Shown here piece after piece: positions 9,327-19,447 of a DNA stretch of 64,000 bases. Below the pieces are notes generated by a model that saw only the letters and a program-made list of their open reading frames with translations, ran no database searches and was not told the DNA's origin. How positions within the stretch are numbered: the stretch's first letter is position 1; the number at the start of each line of letters is the position of its first letter. The stretch is from an uncultured Chloroflexia bacterium (GTDB lineage: Bacteria > Chloroflexota > Limnocylindria > Limnocylindrales > CSP1-4): contig CAVVNQ010000002.1 in NCBI GenBank assembly GCA_963749705.1, positions 128,001-192,000 on the forward strand. The letters run 5' to 3'. A program made the position numbers and the translations under genes.

Positions 9327-10963
9327 TGGACGACACGGGCGACGACCTGGTCGGGAGCGAGGAGGCGGTCGCCGTCGCGGCGCGCCGTGCCGGATCGCCG
9401 ACGACGCGGGCGCTCGCGCGGGCCGGGCTGATCGTCACCGGCCTGTTCCTCGTGTCGAGGATCCTGGGCTATGTCCGGACCGTCGCGATCGCCGCCGCGG
9501 TCCCAGTCGACCAGCTGGGGCCGTTCTTCGCCGCGTTCCGGATCCCGGACTTCCTGTTCCAGCTGGTCGCGGCGGGCGCGCTGTCGTCGGCGCTGATCCC
9601 CGTCATCACGGCGTTGTTCGCGACCGACGAGGAGGCGCGCGCCTGGCGGGTCGTGTCCACGGTCACGACGCTGATGCTCTCGGCGCTGCTCGTCCTGGCG
9701 GCGATCGTCCTCGTGCTTGCGCCGCAGCTGGTGGCGATCATCGCGCCCGGCTACGACGAGCAGTTGCGCGCCCAGACCACGGACCTCACCCGGATCATGG
9801 TGCTTTCCCCGCTGTTCCTCGCGGCCGGCTCGGTCGCGACCAGCGCGCTCAACTCGCGCGGCCGCTTTGCCGCCTCGGGCATGGCGCCGCTGGTGTACAA
9901 CCTCGCGATCATCCTGGGTGCCGTGCTCCTCGTGCCCGTGTTCGGCATCCCGGGCCTGGCGTACGGCGTGGTCGCCGGCGCCGTCGGCCACCTCCTCGTT
10001 CAGCTGCCGGCGCTGGTCCGGGAGGGTGCGCGGATCCGGCCCCGGATCGACCTCGGCGATTCCCAGGCCCGGCTCGCCCTGATGCTCATGGCACCCCGCG
10101 CGGTCGGCCTCGGAGCGACCCAGATCGTGTTCCTGGTCATGACCAGCCTCGCCACCACGCTCGGCGACAGCGCGCTGGCGGTGTTCAACTTCGCGTTCTC
10201 GCTGCTCCAGATCCCGATCGGCGTCATCGGCGTGCCGCTGGGCGTCGTGCTGCTGCCGTCGCTCGCTCGCGAGGCCGCCACCGGCGGCACCGACGCGTTT
10301 CGGCGGCTGCTCGTTCGTGGTCTGAGCCTGCTCGGCTACGTCATGATCGGGCTCGCGGTGCTGGGCATCGTCGTGTCCGAGGACGTCGTCCGGCTGCTGT
10401 TCGGGTTCGCGCACATCGGCGAGAACGCGACCGTGTCGACCGCCATGACCCTCGCGGTGTTCCTGGTCGGGCTGACGGCGCACTCGCTGATCGCCGTGCT
10501 CGCGCGGGCCTTCTATGCGCTCCAGGACACGCGGACGCCGGTCCTCGCCGCGCTCGTCGCGGTGGCGGTCAACATCGTGGTGGCGAACGTGCTCGTGGGG
10601 CCGCTCGGCCTCCAGGGGCTGGCGCTGGCGATCGCCGTCGCGGCGTGGCTCGAGACGCTGACGCTGTTCCTGCTGCTCGGCCGGCGCGTCCCGGGGCTGG
10701 GACTGGCCCGGGTGGGCGATGTGATGGCCCGGTCGCTCGTGGCCGCGCTCGCGGGTGCGGCGGTCGCGTTCGGCATCGAGCAGGGGTTGCGGGGGGCATG
10801 GGGCACGGATCCCGGCTTCGTGCTCGTGCTCGTCCGCGTGACCGTTGCGGTCGCGGCCGGCGGCACCGTGCTGCTCGGCGCGTCGATCGCGTTGCGGATC
10901 CAGGAGCCGCGCACTATCGTCGGCGTCGTGGTCGACCTCATCCGCCGCCGCGGCCGCGCGTGA
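9326..10963 (+). CDS. murJ: Lipid II flippase MurJ/MviN
   Basis: SRILGYVR, AAFRIPD, GALSSALIP, RAFYALQDTRTP, about 14 hydrophobic segments. Confidence 0.95.
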   Translation: MDDTGDDLVGSEEAVAVAARRAGSPTTRALARAGLIVTGLFLVSRILGYVRTVAIAAAVPVDQLGPFFAAFRIPDFLFQLVAAGALSSALIPVITALFATDEEARAWRVVSTVTTLMLSALLVLAAIVLVLAPQLVAIIAPGYDEQLRAQTTDLTRIMVLSPLFLAAGSVATSALNSRGRFAASGMAPLVYNLAIILGAVLLVPVFGIPGLAYGVVAGAVGHLLVQLPALVREGARIRPRIDLGDSQARLALMLMAPRAVGLGATQIVFLVMTSLATTLGDSALAVFNFAFSLLQIPIGVIGVPLGVVLLPSLAREAATGGTDAFRRLLVRGLSLLGYVMIGLAVLGIVVSEDVVRLLFGFAHIGENATVSTAMTLAVFLVGLTAHSLIAVLARAFYALQDTRTPVLAALVAVAVNIVVANVLVGPLGLQGLALAIAVAAWLETLTLFLLLGRRVPGLGLARVGDVMARSLVAALAGAAVAFGIEQGLRGAWGTDPGFVLVLVRVTVAVAAGGTVLLGASIALRIQEPRTIVGVVVDLIRRRGRA

Positions 10964-12078
10964 CGGCCAGCTCCGCGGGCGGCGTCCACCTCGTTCCGGC
11001 AGGCGCGGACCCCGCGATCGATGCCGCCGCCTGGGACGCGTTCGTCGAGGCGAACCCGCGCGGCTCCTATCTCCAGCTCGCGGGCTGGGCCAGGGTCAAG
11101 GCCGTGAACGGCTGGACGGCGACCCGGCTGTTCGATGCCGCCGGCCCGGGCCTGGGCGCCCAGGTCCTGCTCCGTCGCCCCGGGCCGCTGCCGTGGGCGT
11201 TCGCCTATGCGCCCCGTGGCCCCGTGCTCGACACCTGGGACCGGGGCTCCGTTGAGCGGCTGACGGCGCTGGCCCGCGAACGGCTGCGAAGCACGGCGCG
11301 CGTGAGCCACCTGCGGATCGATCCCGAGATCGAGCGGGGGACCGGCCCGGACGAGGACGGCGCGGTCGTCGTGGCGCTCCGCGCGGCGGGCTGGCGGTCC
11401 GCACCGCCGATCCAGCCGGTCTCGTCGCGGGCGATCGATCTCACGGCCGACGAGGACGCCCTGTGGGGCGACCTGCGCAAGAAGTGGCGCCAGTACGTGA
11501 ACAAGGCCAGGTCCGGTGGGGTGCGGGTCGTGGACGCGGGCCCGGAGCGCCTCGACGACTTCTACCGCATCTACCGCGAGACGGCGGACCGGGCCGGGTT
11601 CCTGATCCGCGCCGCGTCGGCGTACCGGGACGTGTGGGACGCGTTCGGCCCCGACGGCCGGGCACGGCTGCTGTTCGCGGAGCTGCCGGACGGCACGCCG
11701 GTGGCGACGCTGTTCCTGGTGCGCGCCGGGGCCCGGGTCGTGGAGCCGTACGGCGGCATGACCGGTGCCGGCGCGGACAGCCGGGCGAACTATCTCCTCA
11801 AGTGGGAGGCCATCAGGAGCTCGAAGGCGCAGGGCGCCACCAGCTACGACCTGTGGGGCCTGGCGCACGCCGGGATCGCCCACTTCAAGACCGGGTTCGG
11901 CGGCCGCGAGATCGGGTACATCGGGGCGTGGGACCTGGTGCTCGATCCGTTCGGCCGTCGCACGTACGCCGTCGCGCAGCGCGCCCGCGTCCGCGTGGAG
12001 CGGCTCCGCCACGGGCTTCGCGGCCGTGGTGCCTCGACCGCGGCCGGGTACGCGGGTGACGCGGGAGCCGACGGATGA
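10960..12078 (+). CDS. FemABX-family aminoacyl-tRNA-dependent peptidoglycan bridge transferase (1)
   Basis: WDAFV..P.GSYLQ..W..VK, YAPRGP, KKWRQYVNKA, ANYLLKWEAI, YDLWG, FKTGFGG. Confidence 0.9.
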   Translation: MTASSAGGVHLVPAGADPAIDAAAWDAFVEANPRGSYLQLAGWARVKAVNGWTATRLFDAAGPGLGAQVLLRRPGPLPWAFAYAPRGPVLDTWDRGSVERLTALARERLRSTARVSHLRIDPEIERGTGPDEDGAVVVALRAAGWRSAPPIQPVSSRAIDLTADEDALWGDLRKKWRQYVNKARSGGVRVVDAGPERLDDFYRIYRETADRAGFLIRAASAYRDVWDAFGPDGRARLLFAELPDGTPVATLFLVRAGARVVEPYGGMTGAGADSRANYLLKWEAIRSSKAQGATSYDLWGLAHAGIAHFKTGFGGREIGYIGAWDLVLDPFGRRTYAVAQRARVRVERLRHGLRGRGASTAAGYAGDAGADG

Positions 12079-12133
12079 GCGGGACACCTCGAATGACGGC
12101 GGCGACGACCCGGCGGCCGATCGCGAGCCTCGC

Positions 12134-13267
12134 ATGACCGCCGCCATCGTCACCCTCTCGCCGGCGCAGCTCGACGACTGGGACGCGGCAGCCGTGGATG
12201 CGCCGGGCGGCCACGTGTTCCAGTCGCGGGCGTGGGCCGCGCACCGGGCCGCCCAGGGCTGGCGACCGCGGTTCCTCGCGGGCGGCGACGTCCGGGCGCT
12301 CGTGCTGAGCCGCCGCTGGCCGGTGATCGGCGGGGCCTCGGCGTATGTGCCGCGCGGGCCGGTGGGGCCGGGTGAGCCGTGGGCCAACGACGGGTCCGGC
12401 GCGGCGATCGGCGCGGCCGCGGTGGCGGTCGCAGACCACCTGGCCACCGTCGGGGTCGATGTCGTCGCTGCCGATCCCGAGGTCGCGGCGGAGGACGTCG
12501 ACTACCGCGCCACCCTCGATGGGGCGGGGTTCCGGCCGATCCCCGAGATCCAGCCGTCGCGACACCGGATGGCGCTGGCGCTGCCCGCCGACGGGGATCC
12601 GGCCACGGTCCTCGAGGGCGTGGCCAAGGCGACGCGCCAGCGGATCCGTCGGGCCGAGCGTGACGGTCTCGTCGTGCTGCGCCACGACCTTCGGACGACC
12701 GACGTGGAGGGCGTGCAACCCGCGCACGAGCCAGCCGAAGCCGCGCTGGGTCGCTTCTACGACCTGCTGCGCGCCACCGGCGAGCGACGCGGGTTCGAGT
12801 TCGGCGGTCGCGCGGACTTCGTCGGCTGGTGGCGGGCCGCCCTGGCCGCGGGACACCTGGTCTACCTCGAGGCGCGTGAGGGGACCGCGGCCGGCTCGGT
12901 GCTCGGCGGGCTGCTGCTGTACCGCCACGGCTGCCGGATGTCGACGGCCCACTCCGCCGACGACGCCGCGCGGCGGCGCGACCAGCCGGGCACGATGCAC
13001 CTGCTGCGCTGGCGCGCGATCGAGCTCGCGCTCGCGGAGCGACGCACCGAGATGGACCTGGGCGGCGTCGATGTCGCGGGCGCCCGCCGCCCGCCGGAGC
13101 CCGGCGAGCCCACCCACGGGCTGTACGAGCACAAGCGATCGTTCGGGGCGGAATGGGTCGAGCTGTCGGGGGCGCACGAGCGGGTCGCGAGACCGTGGCG
13201 CTACGCCGTCGGCCGGGTGACCGCCCGGATCGCCCGGGGGATGCCGGGCCGGGAGCGCGGCGAGTGA
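12134..13267 (+). CDS. FemABX-family peptidoglycan bridge transferase (2)
   Basis: GHVFQS.AWA, YVPRGP, KATRQRIRRAER, LLRWRAI, DLGG, GLYEHKRSFG. Confidence 0.85.
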   Translation: MTAAIVTLSPAQLDDWDAAAVDAPGGHVFQSRAWAAHRAAQGWRPRFLAGGDVRALVLSRRWPVIGGASAYVPRGPVGPGEPWANDGSGAAIGAAAVAVADHLATVGVDVVAADPEVAAEDVDYRATLDGAGFRPIPEIQPSRHRMALALPADGDPATVLEGVAKATRQRIRRAERDGLVVLRHDLRTTDVEGVQPAHEPAEAALGRFYDLLRATGERRGFEFGGRADFVGWWRAALAAGHLVYLEAREGTAAGSVLGGLLLYRHGCRMSTAHSADDAARRRDQPGTMHLLRWRAIELALAERRTEMDLGGVDVAGARRPPEPGEPTHGLYEHKRSFGAEWVELSGAHERVARPWRYAVGRVTARIARGMPGRERGE

Positions 13268-14967
13268 CGGCCACGGAGCCGACGGTCGGGTCGCTGATCG
13301 CCGCGGCAGAGCCGACCGACCCGCTGCCGCTGGGCGACCTCGTCGCCCGGCTCGAGGCACACGACCTGGTCCGCGGGGCGTGGGTCGACGGCGGACTCGG
13401 GACGTCGGCCCCCGCCGGAACCCCGGTCGCGGCCGGCACCCCGCCCGTTGCCGGACCTTCGGGCCTCGCCGCGCTCTCGGGGCTCGAGGTGCGCGGCGTG
13501 ACCGAGGATTCGCGCGCCGTGGCGAAGGGAACGCTGTTCGTCGCCGTGCCCGGCTTCCACGTCGATGGCCACGACTTCCTCGACCGGGCGGCGGCAGCCG
13601 GCGCGGCCGCCGCCATCGTCGAGCACCCCGTGCCCGGCGCCCGGGTGCCACAGCTGGTCGTGGCGGCGGCGCGGCCGTCGCTGGCCAGGGCCGCGGCGTG
13701 GTGGTACCGGGACCCGTCGCACGAGGTCGCGACCATCGGGGTCACCGGCACCGACGGCAAGACCACCACCTCGTTCCTGGCCGTGGCGGCGCTCGAGGCC
13801 GCGGGCATCTCGACCGGGCTGATCGGGACCGTCGAGACCCGGGTGGGCGCCGCGCTCGACCGCCACGAGGCGCACGTCACCACCCCGGCCGCGCACGAGC
13901 TGCAGGCAACGCTCCGGGCGATGCACCGCGCCGGCAACACCGCGGCGGTGGTCGAGACGACCTCGCATGCCCTCGAGCTGGACCGGGTCCTCGACGTCGC
14001 CTACGACATCGCGCTGTTCACCAACCTGACCCACGAGCACCTCGAGCTCCACGGCTCCTTCGAGCGCTATCGGGCGGCCAAGCTGCGCCTGTTCGAGCGA
14101 CTGGGGGCGGGGCCGGACAACCCGGTCAAGACGATCGCGGGACGCGCGTGGCCGAAGGCCGCCGTGGTCAACCGGGACGACCCGTCCGCGCCCTGGTTCG
14201 AGGCGGCCGCCAGGGCCGCCGGCGCCCGGGTCGTGACGTACGGGGTCGATCGGGACGCGGACATCCGGGCGACCGGCGTCGACGAGGACGCCCGACGGCT
14301 CCGCGTCCGCTATGCCGCGCCGTCGGGTGATGGGGTCCTCGACCTCCGGCTGGCCGGCAGGTTCAACGCCCACAACGCGCTCGCGGTCGTCGCGCTGGGC
14401 GAGGTCCTGCGGCTCGATCCCGCCGCGGTCCGGGCCGGCCTCGAGGCCGTGACCGGCGTCCCCGGCCGGATGGAGCGCATCGAGGGCGGCCAGCCGTTCG
14501 GCGTGATCGTCGACTACGCGCACTCGCCGGCGTCGCTCCAGGTCGTGCTCGACCTCCTGGCCCCGATCGCGGCCGCCCGCGGGGGCGGCCTGATCGCGGT
14601 GTTCGGCTCGGCCGGCGAGCGCGACACGGCCAAGCGGGCCGCGATGGGCCGGATCGCCGGCGAGCGCTGCCGGCTCGTCGTCGCGACCGACGAGGATCCC
14701 CGCGGCGAGGACCCGATGGCGATCATCGACGCCATCGTGGGCGGGGCGGAGACCGCCGGGCGCAGCCGCGGGACGGACGTGCTCGCGATCCCGGACCGCC
14801 GCGCGGCGATCGAGACGGCGTTCGAGCAGGCCCGGCCGGGCGACGTCGTCCTCCTGGCGGGCAAGGGACACGAGCCGTCCATCCTGTACGCCGACGGGCC
14901 GGTGCCCTGGGACGAGGCGGGTGCCGCGCGGGCGGCGCTCGCCGCGCTCGGCCACACGACCCCATAG
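13264..14967 (+). CDS. murE: UDP-MurNAc-tripeptide ligase MurE
   Basis: DSR, DGHDF, GVTGTDGKTTT, TTP, ETTSH, TNLT.EH, VPGRME, VDYAH, AGKGHE. The specificity motif reads EDPR. Confidence 0.95.
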   Translation: MTATEPTVGSLIAAAEPTDPLPLGDLVARLEAHDLVRGAWVDGGLGTSAPAGTPVAAGTPPVAGPSGLAALSGLEVRGVTEDSRAVAKGTLFVAVPGFHVDGHDFLDRAAAAGAAAAIVEHPVPGARVPQLVVAAARPSLARAAAWWYRDPSHEVATIGVTGTDGKTTTSFLAVAALEAAGISTGLIGTVETRVGAALDRHEAHVTTPAAHELQATLRAMHRAGNTAAVVETTSHALELDRVLDVAYDIALFTNLTHEHLELHGSFERYRAAKLRLFERLGAGPDNPVKTIAGRAWPKAAVVNRDDPSAPWFEAAARAAGARVVTYGVDRDADIRATGVDEDARRLRVRYAAPSGDGVLDLRLAGRFNAHNALAVVALGEVLRLDPAAVRAGLEAVTGVPGRMERIEGGQPFGVIVDYAHSPASLQVVLDLLAPIAAARGGGLIAVFGSAGERDTAKRAAMGRIAGERCRLVVATDEDPRGEDPMAIIDAIVGGAETAGRSRGTDVLAIPDRRAAIETAFEQARPGDVVLLAGKGHEPSILYADGPVPWDEAGAARAALAALGHTTP

Positions 14968-14969
14968 CC

Positions 14970-15683
14970 GTGCGCGGCTGCCTGTTCGTCCTGGCCGCGG
15001 GCCTGATCGCTGGGGTGCTGCTGGTGGTCGTCGGGCTGCCGGCGTTCGCCGCCGGTGCGCTCACGGCGGGCGTCGGGGCGGCCGGTCTCGAGGCGGCTGA
15101 CACCACCGTGACCCTGACCAGCGATCCACCGACCGACCTGCTCGGGCTGCATGCCGACGAGGTGCGTATCCGGGCGACGCACGCCACGTTCCGCGGCCTG
15201 GCGATCGGCAGCATCGACGTCACCCTCACCGACGTCGCGCTGGTGGACCGCTCCGCGGCCACGGTCGAGGGCCGCCTCGACGACGTCGTCGTCGAGATCG
15301 GCGGTGCGCCGCTGGAGCTGGCCTCGATCGCGCTCTCGGGCGGCGGGACGTCGGTCATCGCCACCACGACGATCGATGCCGCCGCGGCCCGGACGCTGAT
15401 CATGGGCGTGGTGGCCGACAAGCTCGGCGCGGCGCCCAGCAGCGTGACCCTGGCCTCGCCCGACCGGCTGACCGTGGACGTGGGCGTCGACGTCCACGGG
15501 CGGTTCGTGGCGACGCCCTCCGGCGATCTCGTGGTCCGCGTGCTCGACGGCCCCGCGGCCGGCGACGAGATCGTGCTGCTCCGGGGCGGCCGCGACCTGC
15601 CCGTCCGGATCACGGGCGTGAGCGTGACCTCGGGCGGCGCGCTGCGGCTGGTGGGCGAGCTGACGGTGGGCCTGCTCGGGTAA
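14970..15683 (+). CDS. Secreted or membrane-anchored protein, LmeA/DUF2993-like
   Basis: N-terminal hydrophobic anchor, 'LLG..D.V.I.A', amphipathic beta strands ending in 'L.L.G'. Confidence 0.5.
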   Translation: MRGCLFVLAAGLIAGVLLVVVGLPAFAAGALTAGVGAAGLEAADTTVTLTSDPPTDLLGLHADEVRIRATHATFRGLAIGSIDVTLTDVALVDRSAATVEGRLDDVVVEIGGAPLELASIALSGGGTSVIATTTIDAAAARTLIMGVVADKLGAAPSSVTLASPDRLTVDVGVDVHGRFVATPSGDLVVRVLDGPAAGDEIVLLRGGRDLPVRITGVSVTSGGALRLVGELTVGLLG

Positions 15684-15757
15684 GCGACGGCCTGCGCACC
15701 GGCATCCGCGGGTCCCACCGGACCGATCCCGACCCGCCCCGCGGTAGACTCCGAAGC

Positions 15758-18043
15758 ATGGCCGAGCCCGTTGTCCGCGATCCCGAGACCCCGCTTGCCG
15801 CCGGGGAGGCGGTGGCGGAGCGTCGCGCGCGCCGCGGGCCACGGCGCGACGCGACCCCGGGCCGCGCCACCGGTCGCACCGCCGCCCGGCGTCCGGTCGA
15901 CCTCGAGGCGATGCGGCGCACGCTCATCGACACGCTTCGCGAGCACCACGCGCAGAGCGACCTCGAGATGGTCGACCGCGCGTTCGACCTTGCGGTGGAG
16001 GCGCATCGACCGCAGGTCCGCGCGTCGGGCGAGCCGTACGTCACCCACCCGATCGCCTCGGCCCAGATCCTGGCCGACCTGGGCATCGACCCGGTCGCGG
16101 TGGCGGCCGCGCTCCTGCACGACGTCCCCGAGGACACCGAGTACAGCCTCGCGGACGTCGAGGAGCGGTTCGGCCCCGAGGTCGCCCAGCTCGTCGACGG
16201 TGTCACCAAGCTGTCCAAGTTCAGCACCCACAGCCACGAGCAGCAGCAGGCCGAGAACATCCGGAAGATGTTCCTCGCGATGGCCGAGGACATCCGGGTC
16301 GTCCTGATCAAGCTCGCCGACCGCCTCCACAACATGCGCACGCTGGGTGCGCTGCCGGAGGACAAGCAGCAGCGGATCGCCCGCCAGACGATGGAGATCT
16401 ACGCGCCGCTGGGCGAGCGGCTGGGGATCTGGCAGATCAAGTGGGAGCTCGAGGACCTGTCGTTCAAGGCGCTCGAGCCGGCGGCCTACCGCGAGCTCGC
16501 GAAGCTCCTCGACACCCGGCGCCGGGGTCGCGAGACGTACATCGAGCGGGCGATCGCGGAGCTGCGCCCCAAGCTCGAGGCGGCGGGCATCGAGGCCGAG
16601 CTCCAGGGCCGGCCCAAGCACCTGTACAGCATCTGGAAGAAGATGGAGCGCAAGTCCGCCGAGTTCGGCGAGATCTACGACGTCTACGCGATCCGGCTCC
16701 TGGTCGACGACGTGCGGGACTGCTACGCGGCGCTGGGCATCGTCCATGCGCTGTGGCGCCCGATCCCCGGCCAGTTCGACGACTACATCGCGGTGCCCAA
16801 GAACAACCTGTACCAGTCGCTCCACACGGCCGTGATCGCGCTGGATGGCAAGCCGCTCGAGATCCAGATCCGGACGCACGCGATGCACCAGGTGTCGGAG
16901 GTTGGCATCGCCGCCCACTGGCGGTACAAGGAAGGCTCGAAGGCCGAGCGCGACTACGACGCCAAGCTCGCCTGGCTGCGCCAGCTCATGGAGTGGCAGC
17001 GCGACGTCAGCGAGTCCGACGCCACGGAGTTCGTCGAGGGCATCAAGCTCGACATCTTCCAGGACCAGGTGTTCGTGTTCACGCCGCGGGGCGACATCAA
17101 GGACCTGCCCGCCGGTGCGACCCCGCTCGACTTCGCGTACCGGATCCACACCGACATCGGGCACCGCACGATCGGCGCCAAGGTCAACAACCGCCTGGTC
17201 CCGCTCGACTACCGGCTCAAGAACGGCGACATCGTCGAGATCGTGACCACCAAGGGCGAGCACGGCCCGTCACGCGACTGGCTCAACCTGGTCCGCACGT
17301 CGCACGCGCGGGAGAAGATCCGGCAGTGGTTCAAGAAGAAGGACCGCGCCGAGAACATCGTCCACGGGCGGGAGGCGCTCGAGCGCGAGCTGCGCCGCCT
17401 CGCGCGGACCAACGTCCAGACCATCGGCCTCGACCGGATCGCCGAGACCGCGAAGACGTACCAGCACGAGACCGTCGACGACTTCTTCGCCGCGATCGGG
17501 TACGGGGCGATCTCCGCCCAGCAGGTGGTCATGCGCCTGGGCGTGCTCGACGACGGCGAGATCACGCTGCCGACCGTCGCGCCGCCGCAGCCCGCGCGCG
17601 TCGGCGGCGTGCGCGTGAAGGGGGTGGGGGACCTCCTGGTCCGCTTCGCCCGCTGCTGCCACCCGATCCCGGGCGACCCGATCCAGGGCTTCATCACCCG
17701 CGGCAAGGGCATCACGGTCCATCTCAAGTCCTGCCCCACCGTGCGCAACGAGCGCGAGGTCAGCCGCCTGATCGACGTGGAGTGGGAGGACGCGCCCCAG
17801 CAGACCTACCCGATCGCCATCCGCGCGGAGGCGTATGACCGGACCGGCCTGCTGTCCGACATCACCCAGGTCATGGCCGAGAACAAGGTCAACATCCTGG
17901 CCGCGAACGTCGCCGTGAACCAGGATCACACCGCGGTCGTGGCGATGACGATCCAGGTGGCGTCGGTGGCCCAGCTGGCCAAGGTGATGAGCCGCGTGGA
18001 GCAGCTCAAGGACGTCCTCAACGTCCAGCGCGAGCTGAGCTGA
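15758..18043 (+). CDS. rel: Bifunctional (p)ppGpp synthetase/hydrolase Rel
   Basis: SGEPY..HP, LLHD..EDT, KLADRLHN, GRPKHLYS, YQSLHT, EIQIRT, AAHWRYK, plus TGS, CC and ACT domains. Confidence 0.98.
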   Translation: MAEPVVRDPETPLAAGEAVAERRARRGPRRDATPGRATGRTAARRPVDLEAMRRTLIDTLREHHAQSDLEMVDRAFDLAVEAHRPQVRASGEPYVTHPIASAQILADLGIDPVAVAAALLHDVPEDTEYSLADVEERFGPEVAQLVDGVTKLSKFSTHSHEQQQAENIRKMFLAMAEDIRVVLIKLADRLHNMRTLGALPEDKQQRIARQTMEIYAPLGERLGIWQIKWELEDLSFKALEPAAYRELAKLLDTRRRGRETYIERAIAELRPKLEAAGIEAELQGRPKHLYSIWKKMERKSAEFGEIYDVYAIRLLVDDVRDCYAALGIVHALWRPIPGQFDDYIAVPKNNLYQSLHTAVIALDGKPLEIQIRTHAMHQVSEVGIAAHWRYKEGSKAERDYDAKLAWLRQLMEWQRDVSESDATEFVEGIKLDIFQDQVFVFTPRGDIKDLPAGATPLDFAYRIHTDIGHRTIGAKVNNRLVPLDYRLKNGDIVEIVTTKGEHGPSRDWLNLVRTSHAREKIRQWFKKKDRAENIVHGREALERELRRLARTNVQTIGLDRIAETAKTYQHETVDDFFAAIGYGAISAQQVVMRLGVLDDGEITLPTVAPPQPARVGGVRVKGVGDLLVRFARCCHPIPGDPIQGFITRGKGITVHLKSCPTVRNEREVSRLIDVEWEDAPQQTYPIAIRAEAYDRTGLLSDITQVMAENKVNILAANVAVNQDHTAVVAMTIQVASVAQLAKVMSRVEQLKDVLNVQRELS

Positions 18044-18103
18044 CGGCGGCCGCCCGCGCGGCGGCCCACCGCGGCGACACCCGGCGAGCCGGCCCGGACG
18101 CCG

Positions 18104-19447
18104 TCAGCGCGGGCGCGCAGCCGCGGGCAGGGATTCCAGCGTCGCGCCGGGTTCGGCGTCGGACGAGCCCGGCGCCGCGAGCCGCCGGCGGATGCGCCGG
18201 AGCCACACGAACGCCGCGAGCCCGACCAGCAGGCAGCTGACCCCCGCCACGGCGAGCGAGGCCTCGACGCCGAACCGGGACGCGATCCAGCCCATCAGCA
18301 GCCCGCCGACCGGCGTCGACCCCGCGAACACCGTCGTGTACACGCTCAGGACCCGGCCGCGCAGCGCGTCGGGCACCGCCAGCTGGATCGTCGTGTTGGC
18401 GGTCGCGGCCATCCCGATCGCGCCCAGCCCCACGAACGCCATCGCGACCATCGCCAGCGGGAACACGTGGATGACGGCGGCCGCGAGCTCGGCGATGCCG
18501 AGCAGCATCGCGCCGCCGGCGATGATGCCGGGAACCGAGCGTCCTGAGAAGGCGATCCCGAGCGCGGCCGCCAGCGAGCCGATGCCGGACGCGGCCATCA
18601 GGAACCCGTACCCGGATGCGTCCGTGTTGAGGACGTCCCGCGCGAGCGCCGGGATCACCACGTTGAAGTTCATGCCGAACGTCGCCACCAGCCCGATGAC
18701 CAGCGTGGCCAGCAGCACCAGCTCGGTCGAGCGCACGTACTGCAGCCCTTCGGCGAGCGTCGTCCGGATCTCGGCCACGGAGGTCGGCCGCAGCATCGGT
18801 GGCGGTGACTGCAGCTCGTCCTCGCGCATCTGCGAGTAGGCCACGATGACGGCCAGGAAGCTCAGGCCGTTGATCAGGAACGCGATGCTGATGTCGAACG
18901 CCCCGATCGTCAGGCCGGCGACCGCGGGGCCCACGATCCGGGCGGCGTTGAAGGTGGCCGAGTTGAACGCGATCGCGTTGGCGATGTCCTCGCGGCCGAC
19001 CATCTCGACCGCAAACGCCTGACGGGTCGGCATGTCCACGGCGTTGGTCACGCCCAGCAGGGCGGCCAGCAGGATGATGTGCCAGATCTCGACCAGCCCG
19101 CTGACGACCAGCCCGAACAGGATGAACGCGAGCACCATCTGGATCGCCTGGGTCGCGATCAGCGTCCTGCGCTTGGGCAGGGCGTCGGCGATGAGGCCGC
19201 CGAACAGGCCCAGCACGAGCACCGGCAGGAACTGGACCGCCGCCACGACCCCCAGCAGGAACGGGTCGTTGGACAGCTGCAGGACCAGCCATGCCTGGGC
19301 GACCTGTTGCATCCAGGTGCCGACCAGCGACACGCCCTGGCCACCGAAGAACAGCCGGTAGTTGCGGTGCCGGAACGCCCTCGCCCCGTTCGGCAATGCG
19401 AAGCCGATGCCGGGACGCAGGGTGGGTCGATCGGGACGCGTCCTCAT
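18104..19447 (-). CDS. MFS transporter (MFS_3/DUF894-like)
   Basis: RHRNYRLFF.GQ.VS..GTWMQ, GG.IAD, P.RQAF, RGRV, about 12 TM segments. Confidence 0.93.
   Translation of the reverse strand: MRTRPDRPTLRPGIGFALPNGARAFRHRNYRLFFGGQGVSLVGTWMQQVAQAWLVLQLSNDPFLLGVVAAVQFLPVLVLGLFGGLIADALPKRRTLIATQAIQMVLAFILFGLVVSGLVEIWHIILLAALLGVTNAVDMPTRQAFAVEMVGREDIANAIAFNSATFNAARIVGPAVAGLTIGAFDISIAFLINGLSFLAVIVAYSQMREDELQSPPPMLRPTSVAEIRTTLAEGLQYVRSTELVLLATLVIGLVATFGMNFNVVIPALARDVLNTDASGYGFLMAASGIGSLAAALGIAFSGRSVPGIIAGGAMLLGIAELAAAVIHVFPLAMVAMAFVGLGAIGMAATANTTIQLAVPDALRGRVLSVYTTVFAGSTPVGGLLMGWIASRFGVEASLAVAGVSCLLVGLAAFVWLRRIRRRLAAPGSSDAEPGATLESLPAAARPR

Noticed and set aside
8812-12078. Apparent giant N-terminal extensions or fusions in the ORF track (fem1, murJ, mnmA, nadK, scpB, PH protein)
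   Set aside because: The upstream parts overlap real genes in another frame. The true starts are at stop/start overlaps or SD sites.
13738-13770. MurE P-loop TGTDGKT instead of TGTNGKT as another anomalous substitution
   Set aside because: It uses an ordinary GAC codon and is a variant I recall in other MurE proteins, so it is not comparable to the topA and mnmA changes.
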